A stretch of 64,000 bases of DNA from Bilabrum cf. latius. Taxonomy: Eukaryota. A program made the translations under genes and the position numbers. The stretch covers positions 620,001 through 684,000 of the forward strand of contig OZ237756.1 in NCBI GenBank assembly GCA_965178125.1, written 5' to 3'. Below, in pieces: positions 12,978-25,096 of the stretch. Each line of letters starts with the position of its first letter. Position 1 is the first letter of the stretch. The notes under the pieces were generated by a model. The model saw nothing but the letters and a program-made list of their open reading frames with translations. It was not told where the DNA came from and did no database searches.

Positions 12978-14750
12978 ATGTCGGCGGCAGTGGTGCTATT
13001 AGGCATAGCGTTGTGCTCGCAAGCGTTCGGATTTAATTATGTGCACCCGCCAGTTCCTATGTAGGACCCTGTCGCGTGCGGAGCACCGCCAGATGAGCAT
13101 TCGGATGCAACGGTGATCTGCGATCCCGACGGCCTCATGACTGGAACTGACAGGCAAACAGCCATCAAGGCCGCGAAAGCATTGTGGGAAGACGTGCAAA
13201 ACAGGTGTTCAGCAGAAGAACGAATTCCAAAGGAGCAGGGATGGACGTTTGGGAGCGTGCTCGGTTTCGGATCGGCGGGTAGCAGGCAGGAACCTACCCC
13301 AGGACACGAAATGGCGCTATACGTCATGGACAGGCTGCCTCCTGGATATTCGATCTCGCAACTTGCGCGTCAGGTGCATGACAGCTGGGGCCTGGGAGCT
13401 CCCAAGTGCGGGAACGGCGTGCTGATCGTGCTCGCTCGACTTGACAGGAAAGCTTACTGGTCCACCGGCGATGCGGCGGGGAAGGTGATGTCACAGAGCC
13501 GAATCGATGCAGCTTTGGAGAAAATGAGACCACTGCTGCGCGACAACGAGTTCAGCGCGGGCGCAGCGCTGGCAGCGTACGAGACAGCCGCAACGTTCGC
13601 TTGCGAGAGTGGTACGAAGGACGGATCGGCGCCAGATAGCATGAGCATCAACGAGCGCGAAGCAATGCAAAACGCGTGGCCTGCTTCACTAGGCCAGTAC
13701 AGCGAGCTGGCCTGCAAACGCCGATTGCCGCCAGTGGGCGTATCTTCCGGGGATGGCGACTGGATCGGCTTTGTGGTCTTTTTCGGAGTGTTCGCGCTGA
13801 TCGTGTGCTGCGTGGGCTGGGCCATCTACAGCGATCGCAAGAGACATATAGAGGAGCAGGCACAGGAAAGACAGGCCAGGGAGGTGCTCCGCAGACTGGA
13901 CGATGTGCTGGAGAATCCACCGCCGGGGCAAGCTCGTCCAGCCGGAGACAATGACGACGATGAAGATGCAACAGATGGCGCGGCGGACGTTCGCTTAGCA
14001 GCAGAGCAGGTGGCAGGCCCCCGTGGCGGTGTGTGTCCCGTGTGTCTGGAGGAGGGCCTGAAGGACGCCGAGGGCGAGCACGAGCCCATGGTGCTTCCGT
14101 GCGGGCACGTCTTCCACAAGGACTGCATCGGGGAGTGGTCCAGGGAACAACAGGAGCACGGCAGGGAGAAGAAGTGTCCCATCTGCAGGGCGTCGTATGA
14201 CGATTCGGCGGAGTCTGGGGACGAGGCCGCGGGGGAGGAGGAGGACGAAGATCCGGTGGGACGTCCTGGGATGGATGGCATGCGTAGGGGCAGGCGACAG
14301 GGAGGTCCGGGGGTGGGGCCCGGGGGAAGGCGTGGGGGCTCTGGTCGTGCGTGGCGCAGGTGGGGCCGTGGGTGGGGCGGGCGGGGTGGCGGGTCCAGCT
14401 ACGGGCGGGGTGGTGGGTATGGGTGGGGCGGCGGGTATCCGGTGTACGACGATGCATGGACCATGTTCGCTCTGAGTCGAGCTCAGCGAAGGTTCCATCG
14501 TGTGATCCCCGAGGAGAGGGTGGGGCAGTGGGCGGACAGGTGCAGGGAGGCGAGGACGAGGGGCGCGGGGGCTGCGGGTGCTGGGTCTGGTGGATTGCTG
14601 AGCGGTCAGTTCGCGTCGTTCCGTCAGGAGGTACAGGTGGAGCGGGCCCGTCGGGAGGCCGCCCGCCGGTCCTCGTCCTCGTCTAGGGGACACACGGGGG
14701 GCAGCTTCAGCGGTGGGAGGTCGTCTGGGGGGGGAGGGGGCGGGTGGTGA
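12978..14750 (+). CDS. Signal peptide + TPM domain + TM helix + RING-H2 protein, 590 aa
   Basis: Hydrophobic N-terminus recovered by reading TAG 13062; DPVACG..ICDPDG, WGLG..CGNGVLIVL (TPM); CPVCLEE..LPCGHVFHKDCIGEW..CPICR; Gly-rich GGGW end. Confidence 0.82.
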
Positions 14751-15139
14751 TGGCGGTGCCAAAATCTAGAATGGAAACCCCACACCAGATGAGGAGTGCC
14801 AGATAGTTTGGCTACTCGACATGACTACGGCTACGTATCGTTTGCGAACCGCTTGGTGGACAGAAATACAGGGCAATCCTGATGGATTGTAGCGTGTCAA
14901 TTCGGAATAAAACACATCAGGATTGTCCACGGCTGGAATGCCCAGTAGATCTAGCACACTGTATTCTGCAAATACACATTTCCGGAGCGATTCAAAAAAC
15001 AATATAGCATTTACCCTGAAGCCGTCAGTCAGAATCGAGTCCTGCCAGTGCGTCCGTTGCGAGCGATCTCCAACACTATAAATTGCCAGCGGTCATTCCC
15101 GCTCCTGACGTCCCTCCCAGCGAAATAGAGGCCTTCAAC

Positions 15140-18100
15140 ATGGCGAAGTCAGACACCATGCTGTTACAGCATCAGTGTTCGAAACTCTTGCTGGTCGAAT
15201 GCATCAAGCCCGCCGGAGGAAGAGCCTTGCTCGGATCCGGCGGATTCAGGGCTGTCTTTTGCGTGGCGATACCATCTAGAAGCACAGATGCCAAGGCCAG
15301 CGATGGCGCAATAGCGTTTGACACCATCGTTGGTAAGACTGTATTTAACTGGGGCCTCTCCGCATCCAAGCTTGAAGCCATCGACTCCCAGAAAGAGTTC
15401 GATGTGCTCACTCGCCTGCCCGAGCACCGCAACGTGGCTCGCGTCCTGTTTGAGTGCGTCCGCGAGCCTCCCCTATGGATGGTGGAGATGCTGCCTGACC
15501 CACGTTTGGTGTGCATTGACACTGACGGCGATGATGCCGATGCCGGAGAAGGAGTGCCGTCCGATGGCGCCACCCCCCTGCGGCCCCGCAAGGCCCAGAT
15601 GGTGGGCATGGAGCTGCTGCAGAGGCGCATGTGCGACCATCTGGAAATCGTGGAAGCAGATGAGCCGGGGTCCATGCCTGATGATGTGCTTGTGCAGCTG
15701 TCCAGAGACATCGCGGATGGCGTCCATCACCTGCTGCAGCACGGGGTGGTGCACCGTGACCTGAAGCTGGACAACGTGATGTGGGACTCGAAGGGGGGTC
15801 CGGAGGGGGTGGGTCGTGCGGTGCTGATCGACTTCGGGTGCTCGCTGTGCGTGCATACGGAGAAAAAAATATCACTGTTAGCTGATCCCGCTGCTGCCAC
15901 TGCTGCTGGTAGTTGTGTCAGCAGATCTTTCCCGTGTGTATCACGTATCGGTGGTTGAAGGATAACGGTGCCGGGCTGGGCGGCAATCAGGCCCATCTGG
16001 CTCCTGAGGTGCTGGACGGGTGGCACAGGGGGTCCAAACAAGGAGGTGAAGGCGAGGAGGTGCCATTCGGGAAGCAGGCGTCATGGGCGCTTGGTGTGCT
16101 GCTGCACGAGCTGGCCACGGGAGGGCGGCACCCGTTCGGGGACTGGTATCCTGGTGAGCTGCAGGACGGGAGCAAGCCTAGGTCTGGGGAGCTGGCAGCT
16201 GCATTGCATGCATGTGAGGCGCCGATGGCAGGTCAGGATATGCTATCTAAACGTCCTGGATGGTATGTTATGATCATCCGTGACCTGCTATGCGTTGATC
16301 CCGGGGACAGGATGGGAGTGCAGGAGGCCATGGATATGTTGCAATCTGGCGGAGACTCACTTAGAGGACCATCTCCAGATGCTGACATCAGCGCCCTGCT
16401 GCCTGCGTTGCTTGCCGGGGGCGAGGAGTGCGAATCAGCGGTGGTCAAGATCAGGGCGCTGGTGGATGGACTGCAACCAAAGGGGGACTGGGATGGGGTG
16501 TACCGAGTGCTTTGGCAGCTGGGGGTCGAGTCGGGACTCAACCAGGCCAATGATGCAGATACACGTGCCCGCCAGCTGCTCGAAGATGTCCGAACCGCCG
16601 TCTCGGATCACGTGCTATCAAACACAGGCGAGCTGGAGAGGATCGTGAAGTGCCTCGGCTTGGATAGGAAGATGGACCCCGAGATGGGAGCACTGTTGAT
16701 ATGGCGCGCATGTTTTAGTAACAAGAGAGCACGGCGGATCGCGTTTGCTGAAGCGGGCGCAATCGCAGGGGTGGTCGGCCTGCTTGGATCTAGAAAGGGT
16801 AGGGTGGCCGAGATTGCGGCGCGGGAGCTGTCGAGTATGGCTGTCGAATCCGAAGGCCTGAAGCAGGCCATAGTGGATGCAGGTGCGCTGCCCGCGCTGG
16901 TGGGCCTGCTTGGATCTAGCAAGGGCGAGGAGGCCGAGACGGCGGCTTGGGCACTGCTTAATATCGCAGCTGGATCATACGACCTGAGGCAGGCTATAGT
17001 AGATGCAGGTGCGCTGCCTGGGCTGGTTGGCTTGCTTGGATCCAGCAAGGGCGAGGAGGCCGAGAATGCTGCATGGGCGCTTCAAAACATTGCTAATGCG
17101 TCCAATAGCCTGAAGCGGGCTGTACTGGATGCAGGTGCGCTGCCCGGGCTTGTGGGCCTGCTTGGATCTAGCAAGGGCTTGGAGGCCGAGATTGCGGCAT
17201 GTGCGCTTCTTAATATCGCAGCAGGATCGGAGGGTATGAGGCAGGCCGTGGTGGATGCAGGTGCGCTGCCCGCGCTGGTGGGCCTGCTTGGATCTAGCAA
17301 GGGCGAGGAGGCCAAGACGGCGGCTTGGGCACTGCTTAATATCGCAGCTGGATCGGAGGGCCTGAAGCAGGCTATAGTGGATGCAGGTGCGCTGCCTGGG
17401 CTGGTGGGCCTGCTTGGATCCAGCAAGGGTTTGGAGGCCGAGCGAGCGGCATGGGCACTGCTTAATATCGCAGCTGGATCATACGACCTGAGGCAGACTG
17501 TAGTGGATGCAGGTGCGCTGCCCGGGCTGGTAGTGTTGCTTGGATCTAGCAAGGGTTTGGAGGCCGAGAAAGCTGCATGGGCGCTTCAAAACATTGCTAA
17601 TGCGTCCAATAGCCTGAAGCAGGCTGTAGTGGATGCAGAAGCGCTGCCCGGGCTTGTGGACCTGCTTGAATCTAGCAAAGGCGAGGAGGCTGAGAATACG
17701 ACATGTGCACTTCTTAACATTGCAGCTGGATCGAAGGACATGAAGCAGGCCGTGGTGGATGCAGGTGCGCTGCCTGGGCTGGTGGTGTTGCTGGGATCGG
17801 GCAAAGGCGAGGAGGCTGAAAATGCGGCGAGGGCCATTTCGAATACTGCAGCTGGATCGAAGGACATGAAGCAGGCCGTGGTGGATGCAGGTGCGCTGCC
17901 TGGGCTGGTGGTGTTGCTAGGATCGGGCAAAGGCGAGGAGGCTGAAAATGCGGCGAGGGCCATTTCGAATACTGCAGCTGGATCGAAGGACATGAAGCAG
18001 GCCGTGGTGGATGCAGGTGCGCTGCCTGGACTGGTGGTGCTGCTGGGATCGGGCAAAGGCGAGGAGGCTGAAAATGCGGCGAGGGCCATTTCGAATACTG

Positions 18101-18363
18101 CAGCTGGATCGAAGGACATGAAGCAGGCCGTTGTGGATGCAGGTGCGTTGCCCGGACTGGTGGTGTTGCTGTGTTCAAGCAAAGGCAAGGAGGCTACAAC
18201 TGCGGTGGAAGTACTGCGTTGTATCTCTTGCGGATCGGAGGGCCTGAAGCAGGCTATAGTGGATGCAGGTGCGTTGGGCCCACTGAGGCAGCTGAGGGAC
18301 TCTATCACAGGACCAACTCGCACGAGGGTACGAGCGGCTCTGCTGGTTTTGGGCGAGGCGTGA
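15140..18363 (+). CDS. Ser/Thr protein kinase (PINK1-like motifs) fused to armadillo repeats; frame change at ~15850-15925 (probable intron 15851-15921/15924, or frameshift)
   Basis: GSGGFRAV, HRDLKLDN, DFG in one frame; GGNQAHLAPE, SWALGVLLHEL in the next; about twelve 42-aa ARM repeats. Confidence 0.75.
16740..18290 (+). repeat. 126-bp coding tandem repeat (ARM repeats)
   Basis: Recurrent AIVDAGALPGLVGLLGSSKGEEAE unit; last three copies nearly identical. Confidence 0.9.
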
Positions 18364-18637
18364 TCTTCGGTAAAAGTCCATGGATATCCAATGTATCTTT
18401 GGGAAGCTAGCGGATCGGGCCCTTGTCAAGGTGCTTGTACTGCCCTTAACTGTAGTACAAGCACATGATGAGGCTACTGGTAGTACAGGCGTGGACGGGC
18501 AAGAAGAGGAGGGTGACGATGATGTCATAGGAGGTCTTGAGATACGTGACGTGGCTTGCGTCGGGGCAGGAGGTGGTGGATTGCAGGGTGCGGCGGGAGG
18601 GGCCGTAGGTCCAGCTCCGAGCGAATGCGGTGGCTGT

Positions 18638-18780
18638 GGGTGCTTGGTCTGGTGGATTGCTGAGCGGTCAGTTCGCGTCGTTCCGTCAGGAGGTACAGGT
18701 GGAGCGGGCCCGTTGGGAGGCCGCCCGCCGGTCCTCGTCCTCGTCTAGGGGACACACGGGGGGCAGCTTCAGCGGTGGGA
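18638..18780 (+). repeat. Duplicate of the 3' end of the TPM-RING gene (14576-14718)
   Basis: Near-identical ~143 bp ...TGGATTGCTGAGCGGTCAGTTCGCG...CTTCAGCGGTGGGA. Confidence 0.9.
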
Positions 18781-19010
18781 TCTGTACGGTCGTGGGAGGT
18801 CCTCGGGGGGGGGAAGGGGCGGGTTGTTAATCAGAACTCGGGAGTTGGATGTGCCATCTTGCCTGATTGCCTGAAGTACAGGCGAATCCACCTTCGTGCC
18901 AGCCGAACCCAGTGCGCGGCATCTCAGCTACGGCGCCGTGCACGCTGTGGTCCCGTTTAACTGAAGTCCGGGCATGTGCCAGTGAGGGCAGATGAATCCT
19001 CGGAGCACCC

Positions 19011-19375
19011 TAAGGGTGGGGGTGGCAGGCAGGTGCAGCGAGTGCTAGTGCAGGGCATCGTCCCCATCAGCGAGGGCACTCTAAGGGTGGGTGTGGCAGG
19101 CAGGTGCAGCGAGTGCTAGTGCAGGGCATCGTCCCCATCAGCGAGGGCACTCTAAGGGTGGGGGTGGCAGGCAGGTGCAGCGAGTGCTAGTGCAGGGCAT
19201 CGTCCCCATCAGCGAGGGCACTCTAAGGGTGGGTGTGGCAGGCAGGTGCAGCGAGTGCTAGTGCAGGGCATCGTCCCCATCAGCGAGGGCACTCTAAGGG
19301 TGGGTGTGGCAGGCAGGTGCAGCGAGTGCTAGTGCAGGGCATCGTCCCCATCAGCGAGGGCACTCTAAGGGTGGG
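19011..19375. repeat. 71-bp tandem repeat, 5 copies plus partial
   Basis: TAAGGGTGGG recurs at 19011, 19082, 19153, 19224, 19295, 19366. Confidence 0.95.
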
Positions 19376-19469
19376 CTCACCAGACGGTGGGGCCACAGCT
19401 CATAGATCAAAAAAATCTAGCGATGGAAGCCTGCTCGATCCGGATGTGGTCGTCATGCCGTTGGCATGT

Positions 19470-20085
19470 CGGATCCTGTAATGCTTGCTCGGAGTTCAGT
19501 AACAAATGTGTAGACCCACCAGTTAATGGTGCTGAGAAAGAGAGCGACGGGGCACAGGACCAGCGTCAGACTCCCGCCGCGGAGTCGCCTGGTCCACTGG
19601 GTCGCCTCCCGCGACCCCTGCCGGCACGGCCGGTGCGCCCCGTCGTCTCAGGGAAACGACTCCCTGCCGATGGGTCAATCAATTCACACAAATCACTACA
19701 TCCCCAGGCAGCCCTCTTGGCTGCCTCCCCCTTGGCCGAGTCGTGGGTGGGTGGGAGAGAAGAACGCTACTGGCTTGGGCTGCTTCTGTATTTCTTTGCT
19801 AATCCTGTCTAGCGCAGAGGCTGATCTCTCTCTTTCCCCAGTGTAGACTCGAACCGGAATGACACCTCGCCGGTCGATCACAGGATCACGCCAGTATCAG
19901 CTGAACGTTCGCGAACGAACAGCTGACCCTGCCCGGATCCTGTAATGCTTGCTCGGAGTTCAGTAACAAATGTGTAGACCCACCAGTTAATGGTGCTGAG
20001 AAAGAGAGCGACGGGGCACAGGACCAGCGTCAGACTCCCGCCGCGGAGTCGCCTGGTCCACTGGGTCGCCTCCCGCGACCCCTGC
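19470..20085. repeat. ~152-bp direct repeat pair (19470-19622 and 19934-20085)
   Basis: CGGATCCTGTAATGCTTG...CGCGACCCCTGCC present twice. Confidence 0.92.
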
Positions 20086-20582
20086 CACCTTTGATGAACT
20101 TGGGCTGCTGTGTTGCGCAGCTGTTCCAAGTATGCCCCGCCACCACTCTTGATCTGTGTCACTTGCTACCGGCTACAGCTTTCCTGAATGCTCTTGCTGT
20201 CGCGTTCACCCGCGTGGTGAGATTACTGGCCATGTAGGACCTGCAGGTCTCGACTTTTGACCAAAGTCGCCTGCTGGCAGACGTCCTCTACGATCATACC
20301 CAGCGACACACCGAGGTGTTGCCCAACTCCGGCGGGTCGCATGTGCAGCGACATCCGCCGGCCTCCTGGCTGACCGAAATGGTATCCACTCCTGACAACG
20401 CATCCAAATCTGGGTCCGTGCCCGACCTGCGGAACATGCTCTACTAGCCCCAGCTGCTGAGTATGCACCATAATCTGCGCTGCTCGCACCTGATAAGCCT
20501 GTCATCTAGCCATCCCGCATCCAATCATCCATGAATGACATCTTTGCAAGAAGGCGACCACAAGCGCCTGGACGACGAGTCG

Positions 20583-23500
20583 CACACCAGCTTAGGCCCG
20601 CCAGGCTAAGTTCAACAGCAAGGCGGCCTCTGACAGGCACACACAAGCGCCATCCAGACCAAGCAAAGCTCAAGTCTATCCACGAGGCGACTCTAAGCAC
20701 ACCCGCCCAGGCGCGCCAGGCTGACTTCAACAGCAAGGCGGCCCATGGCAGGCGCTCACAAGCGCCATCCAGACCAAGCAAAGCTCAAGTCTGTCCACTG
20801 GACGACGCGAAGCACACCCGCCCAGGCGCGCCAGGCTGACTTCAACAGCAAGGCGGCCCATGGCAGGCGCACACAAGCGCCATCCAGACCAAGCAAAGCT
20901 CAAGTCTGTCCACTAGACGACGCGAAGCACACCAGCCTAGGCTCGCCAGGCTAAGTTCAACAGCAAGGCGGCCTCTGACAGGCACACACAAGCGCCATCC
21001 AGACCAAGCAAAGCTCAAGTCTATCCACGAGGCGACTCTAAGCACACCCGCCCAGGCGTGCCAGGCTGACTTCAACAGCAAGGCGGCCCATGGCAGGCGC
21101 TCACAAGCGCCATCCAGACCAAGCAAAGCTCAAGTCTGTCCACTGGACGACGCGAAGCACACCCGCCCAGGCGCGCCAGGCTGACTTCAACAGCAAGGCG
21201 GCCCATGGCAGGCGCACACAAGCGCCATCCAGACCAAGCAAAGCTCAAGTCGATCCACTAGACGACGCGAAGCACACTAGCCTAGGCTCGCCAGGCTGAC
21301 TTCAACAGCAAGGCGGCCCATGGTAAGAGCACATAAGCGCCATCCAGACCAAGCAAAGCTCAAGTCTAGCCACTAGACGACGAGAAGCACACCAGCCTAG
21401 GCTCGCCAGGCTGACTTCAACAGCAAGGCGGCCCATGGCAGGCGCACACAAGCGCCATCCAGACCAAGCAAAGCTCAAGTCGATCCACTAGACGACGCGA
21501 AGCACACTAGCCTAGGCTCGCCAGGCTGACTTCAACAGCAAGGCGGCCCATGGTAAGAGCACATAAGCGCCATCCAGACCAAGCAAAGCTCAAGTCTAGC
21601 CACTAGACGACGAGAAGCACACCAGCCTAGGCTCGCCAGGCTGACTTCAACAGCAAGGCGGCCCATGGCAGGCGCACACAAGCGCCATCCAGACCAAGCA
21701 AAGCTCAAGTCTAGCCACTAGACGACGAGAAGCACACCAGCCTAGGCTCGCCAGGCTGACTTCAACAGCAAGGCGGCCCATGGCAGGCGCACACAAGCGC
21801 CATCCAGACCAAGCAAAGCACAAGTCTGTCCACTTGACAACGCGAAGTACACCCGCCAAGGTCCGCCAAGTTGACTTCAACAGCAAGGCGGCCCATGGTA
21901 AGAGCTCACAACCGCCATCCAGACCAAGCAAAGCTCAAGTCTAGCCACTAGACGACGCGAAGCACACCAGCCTAGGCTCGCCAGGCTGACTTCAACAGCA
22001 AGGCGGCCCATGGCAGGCGCTCACAACCGCCATCCAGACCAAGCAAAGCTCAAGTCTATCCACTAGATGACGAGAAGCACACCAGCCTAGGCTCGCCAGG
22101 CTGACTTCAACAGCAAGGCGGCCTCTGACAGGCGCACACAAGCGTCATCCAGACCAAGCAAAGCTCAAGTCGATCCACTAGACGACGCGAAGCACACCAG
22201 CCTAGGCTCGCCAGGCTGACTTCAACAGCAAGGCGGCCCATGGCAGGCGCTAACAACCGCCATCCAGACCATGCAAAGCTCAAGTCGATCCACTAGATGA
22301 CGAGAAGCACACCAGCCTAGGCTCGCCAGGCTGACTTCAACAGCAAGGCGGCCTCTGACAGGCGCACACAGGCGTCATCCAGACCAAGCAAAGCTCAAGT
22401 CGATCCACTAGACGACGCGAAGCACACCAGCCTAGGCTCGCCAGGCTGACTTCAACAGCAAGGCGGCCTCTGACAGGCACACACAAGCGCCATCCAGACC
22501 AAGCAAAGCTCAAGTCGATCCACTAGATGACGAGAAGCACACCAGCCTAGGCTCGCCAGGCTGACTTCAACAGCAAGGCGGCCCCTGGTAAGAGCTCAGA
22601 AGCGTCATCCAGACCAAGCAAAGCTCAAGTCTGTCCACTAGACGACGCGAAGCACACCAGCCTAGGCTCGCCAGGCTGACTTCAACAGCAAGGCGGCCCC
22701 TGGTAAGAGCACATAAGCGCCATCCAGACCAAGCAAAGCACAAGTCTATCCACGAGATGACGCGAAGCACACCCGCCCAGGCTCACCAGGCTGACTTCAA
22801 CAACAAGGCGGCCCATGGCAGGCGCACACAGGCGTCATCCAGACCAAGCAAAGCTCAAGCCTATCCACGAGGCGACTCTTAGCACACCCGCCCAGGCGCG
22901 CCAGGCTGACTTCAACAGCAAGGCGGCCCATGGCAGGCGCTCACAACCGCCATCTAGACCAAGCAAAGCTCAAGTCTAGCCACTAGACAACGCAAAGCAC
23001 ACCCGCCCAGGCGCACCAGGCTGACTTCAACAGCAAGGCGGCCCATGGCAGGCGCACACAAGCGCCATCCAGACCAAGCAAAGCTCAAGTCGATCCACTA
23101 GACGACGCGAAGCACACTAGCCTAGGCTCGCCAGGCTGACTTCAACAGCAAGGCGGCCCATGGCAGGCGCTCACAAGCGCCATCCAGACCAAGCAAAGCT
23201 CAAGTCGATCCACTAGACGACGCGAAGCACACCAGCCTAGGCTCGCCAGGCTGACTTCAACAGCAAGGCGGCCCATGGCAGGCGCACACAAGCGCCATCC
23301 AGACCAAGCAAAGCTCAAGTCGATCCACTAGATGACGAGAAGCACACCAGCCTAGGCTCGCCAGGCTGACTTCAACAACAAGGCGGCCCATGGCAGGCGC
23401 ACACAGGCGTCATCCAGACCAAGCAAAGCACAAGCCTATCCACGAGGCGACTCTTAGCACACCCGCCCAGGCGCGCCAGGCTGACTTCAACAGCAAGGCG

Positions 23501-24480
23501 GCCCATGGCAGGCGCTCACAACCGCCATCTAGACCAAGCAAAGCTCAAGTCTAGCCACTAGACAACGCAAAGCACACCCGCCCAGGCGCGCCAGGCTGAC
23601 TTCAACAGCAAGGCGGCCCATGGCAGGCGCACACAAGCGCCATCCAGACCAAGCAAAGCTCAAGTCGATCCACTAGACGACGCGAAGCACACTAGCCTAG
23701 GCTCGCCAGGCTGACTTCAACAGCAAGGCGGCCCATGGCAGGCGCTCACAAGCGCCATCCAGACCAAGCAAAGCTCAAGTCGATCCACTAGACGACGCGA
23801 AGCACACCAGCCTAGGCTCGCCAGGCTGACTTCAACAGCAAGGCGGCCCCTGACAGGCGCACACAGGCGTCATCCAGACCAAGCAAAGCTCAAGTCGATC
23901 CACTAGACGACGCGAAGCACACCAGCCTAGGCTCGCCAGGCATTCAACAGCAAGACGGCCCATGCCAGGCGCACACAAGCGTTCCAGGCCATGCAAAGCT
24001 CAAGTCGATCCACTAGATGACGAGAAGCACACCCGCCCAGGCCCGCCAGGCTGACTTCAACAGCAAGGCGGCCTCTGACAGGCGCACACAGGCGTCATCG
24101 AGACCAAGCAAAGCACAAGTCGATCCACGAGATGACGCAAAGCACACCCGCCCAGGCCCGCCAGGCTGACTTCAGCAGCAAGGCGGCCCATGGCAGGCGC
24201 ACACAGGCGTCATCAAGGCCAAGCAAAGCACAAGCCTAGCCACGAGATGACGAGAAGCACACCAGCCTAGGCCCGCCAGGCTGACTTCAGCCGCAAGGCG
24301 GCCCATGGCAGGCGCTCACAAGCGCCATTCAGCCAAGCAAAGCTCAAGTGTATCCACGAGACGACACGATGCTACCCACCCAGGCCCGCCAGGCTGACTT
24401 CAACAGCAAGGCGGCCTCTGACAGGCGCACACAAGCGCCATCCAGACCAAGCAAGCTCAAGTCGATCCACGAGACCAAGC
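20583..24480. repeat. 115-bp satellite, roughly 34 copies
   Basis: CTGACTTCAACAGCAAGG recurs every 115 bp (21181, 21296, 21411, 21526, 21641...). Confidence 0.95.
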
Positions 24481-24521
24481 AAACGACACCTGCACGTGCG
24501 CCATCGAGACAGAGCATACGA

Positions 24522-25096
24522 ACTGCTCGTACCAGCTGCCGAGTATGCACCACCTCGTGCTCTGCTCGCACCAGCTGCCGAGTCTGCACCACCTCGTGCT
24601 CTGCTCGCACCAGCTGCCGAGTCTGCACCACCTCGTGCTCTGCTCGCACCAGCTGCCGAGTCTGCACCACCTCGTGCCCTGCTCGCACTAGCTGCCGAGT
24701 CTGCACCACCTCGTACTCTGCTCGCACCGGCTGCCGAGTCTGCACCACCTCGTGCTCTGCTCGCACCAGCTGCCGAGTCTGCACCACCTCGTGCTCTGCT
24801 CGCACCAGCTGCCGAGTCTGCACCATCTCGTGCTCTGCTCGCACCAGCTGCCGAGTCTGCACTACCTCGTGCTCTGCTCGCACCAGCTGCCGAGTCTGCA
24901 CCATCTCGTGCTCTGCTCGCACCAGCTGCCGAGTCTGCACCACCTCGTGCTCTGCTCGCACCAGCTGCCGAGTCTGCACCACCTCGTGCTCTGCTCGCAC
25001 CAGCTGCCGAGTCTGCACCACCTCGTGCTCTGCTCGCACCAGCTGCCGAGTCTGCACCACCTCGTGCTCTGCTCGCACCAGCTGCCGAGTCTGCAT
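24522..25096. repeat. 39-bp minisatellite, about 15 copies
   Basis: Unit CTGCTCGCACCAGCTGCCGAGTCTGCACCACCTCGTGCT. Confidence 0.95.

Noticed and set aside
6090-18960. Numerous long overlapping or antisense ORFs in the host region
   Set aside because: Shadow frames of GC-rich genes with no recognisable motifs
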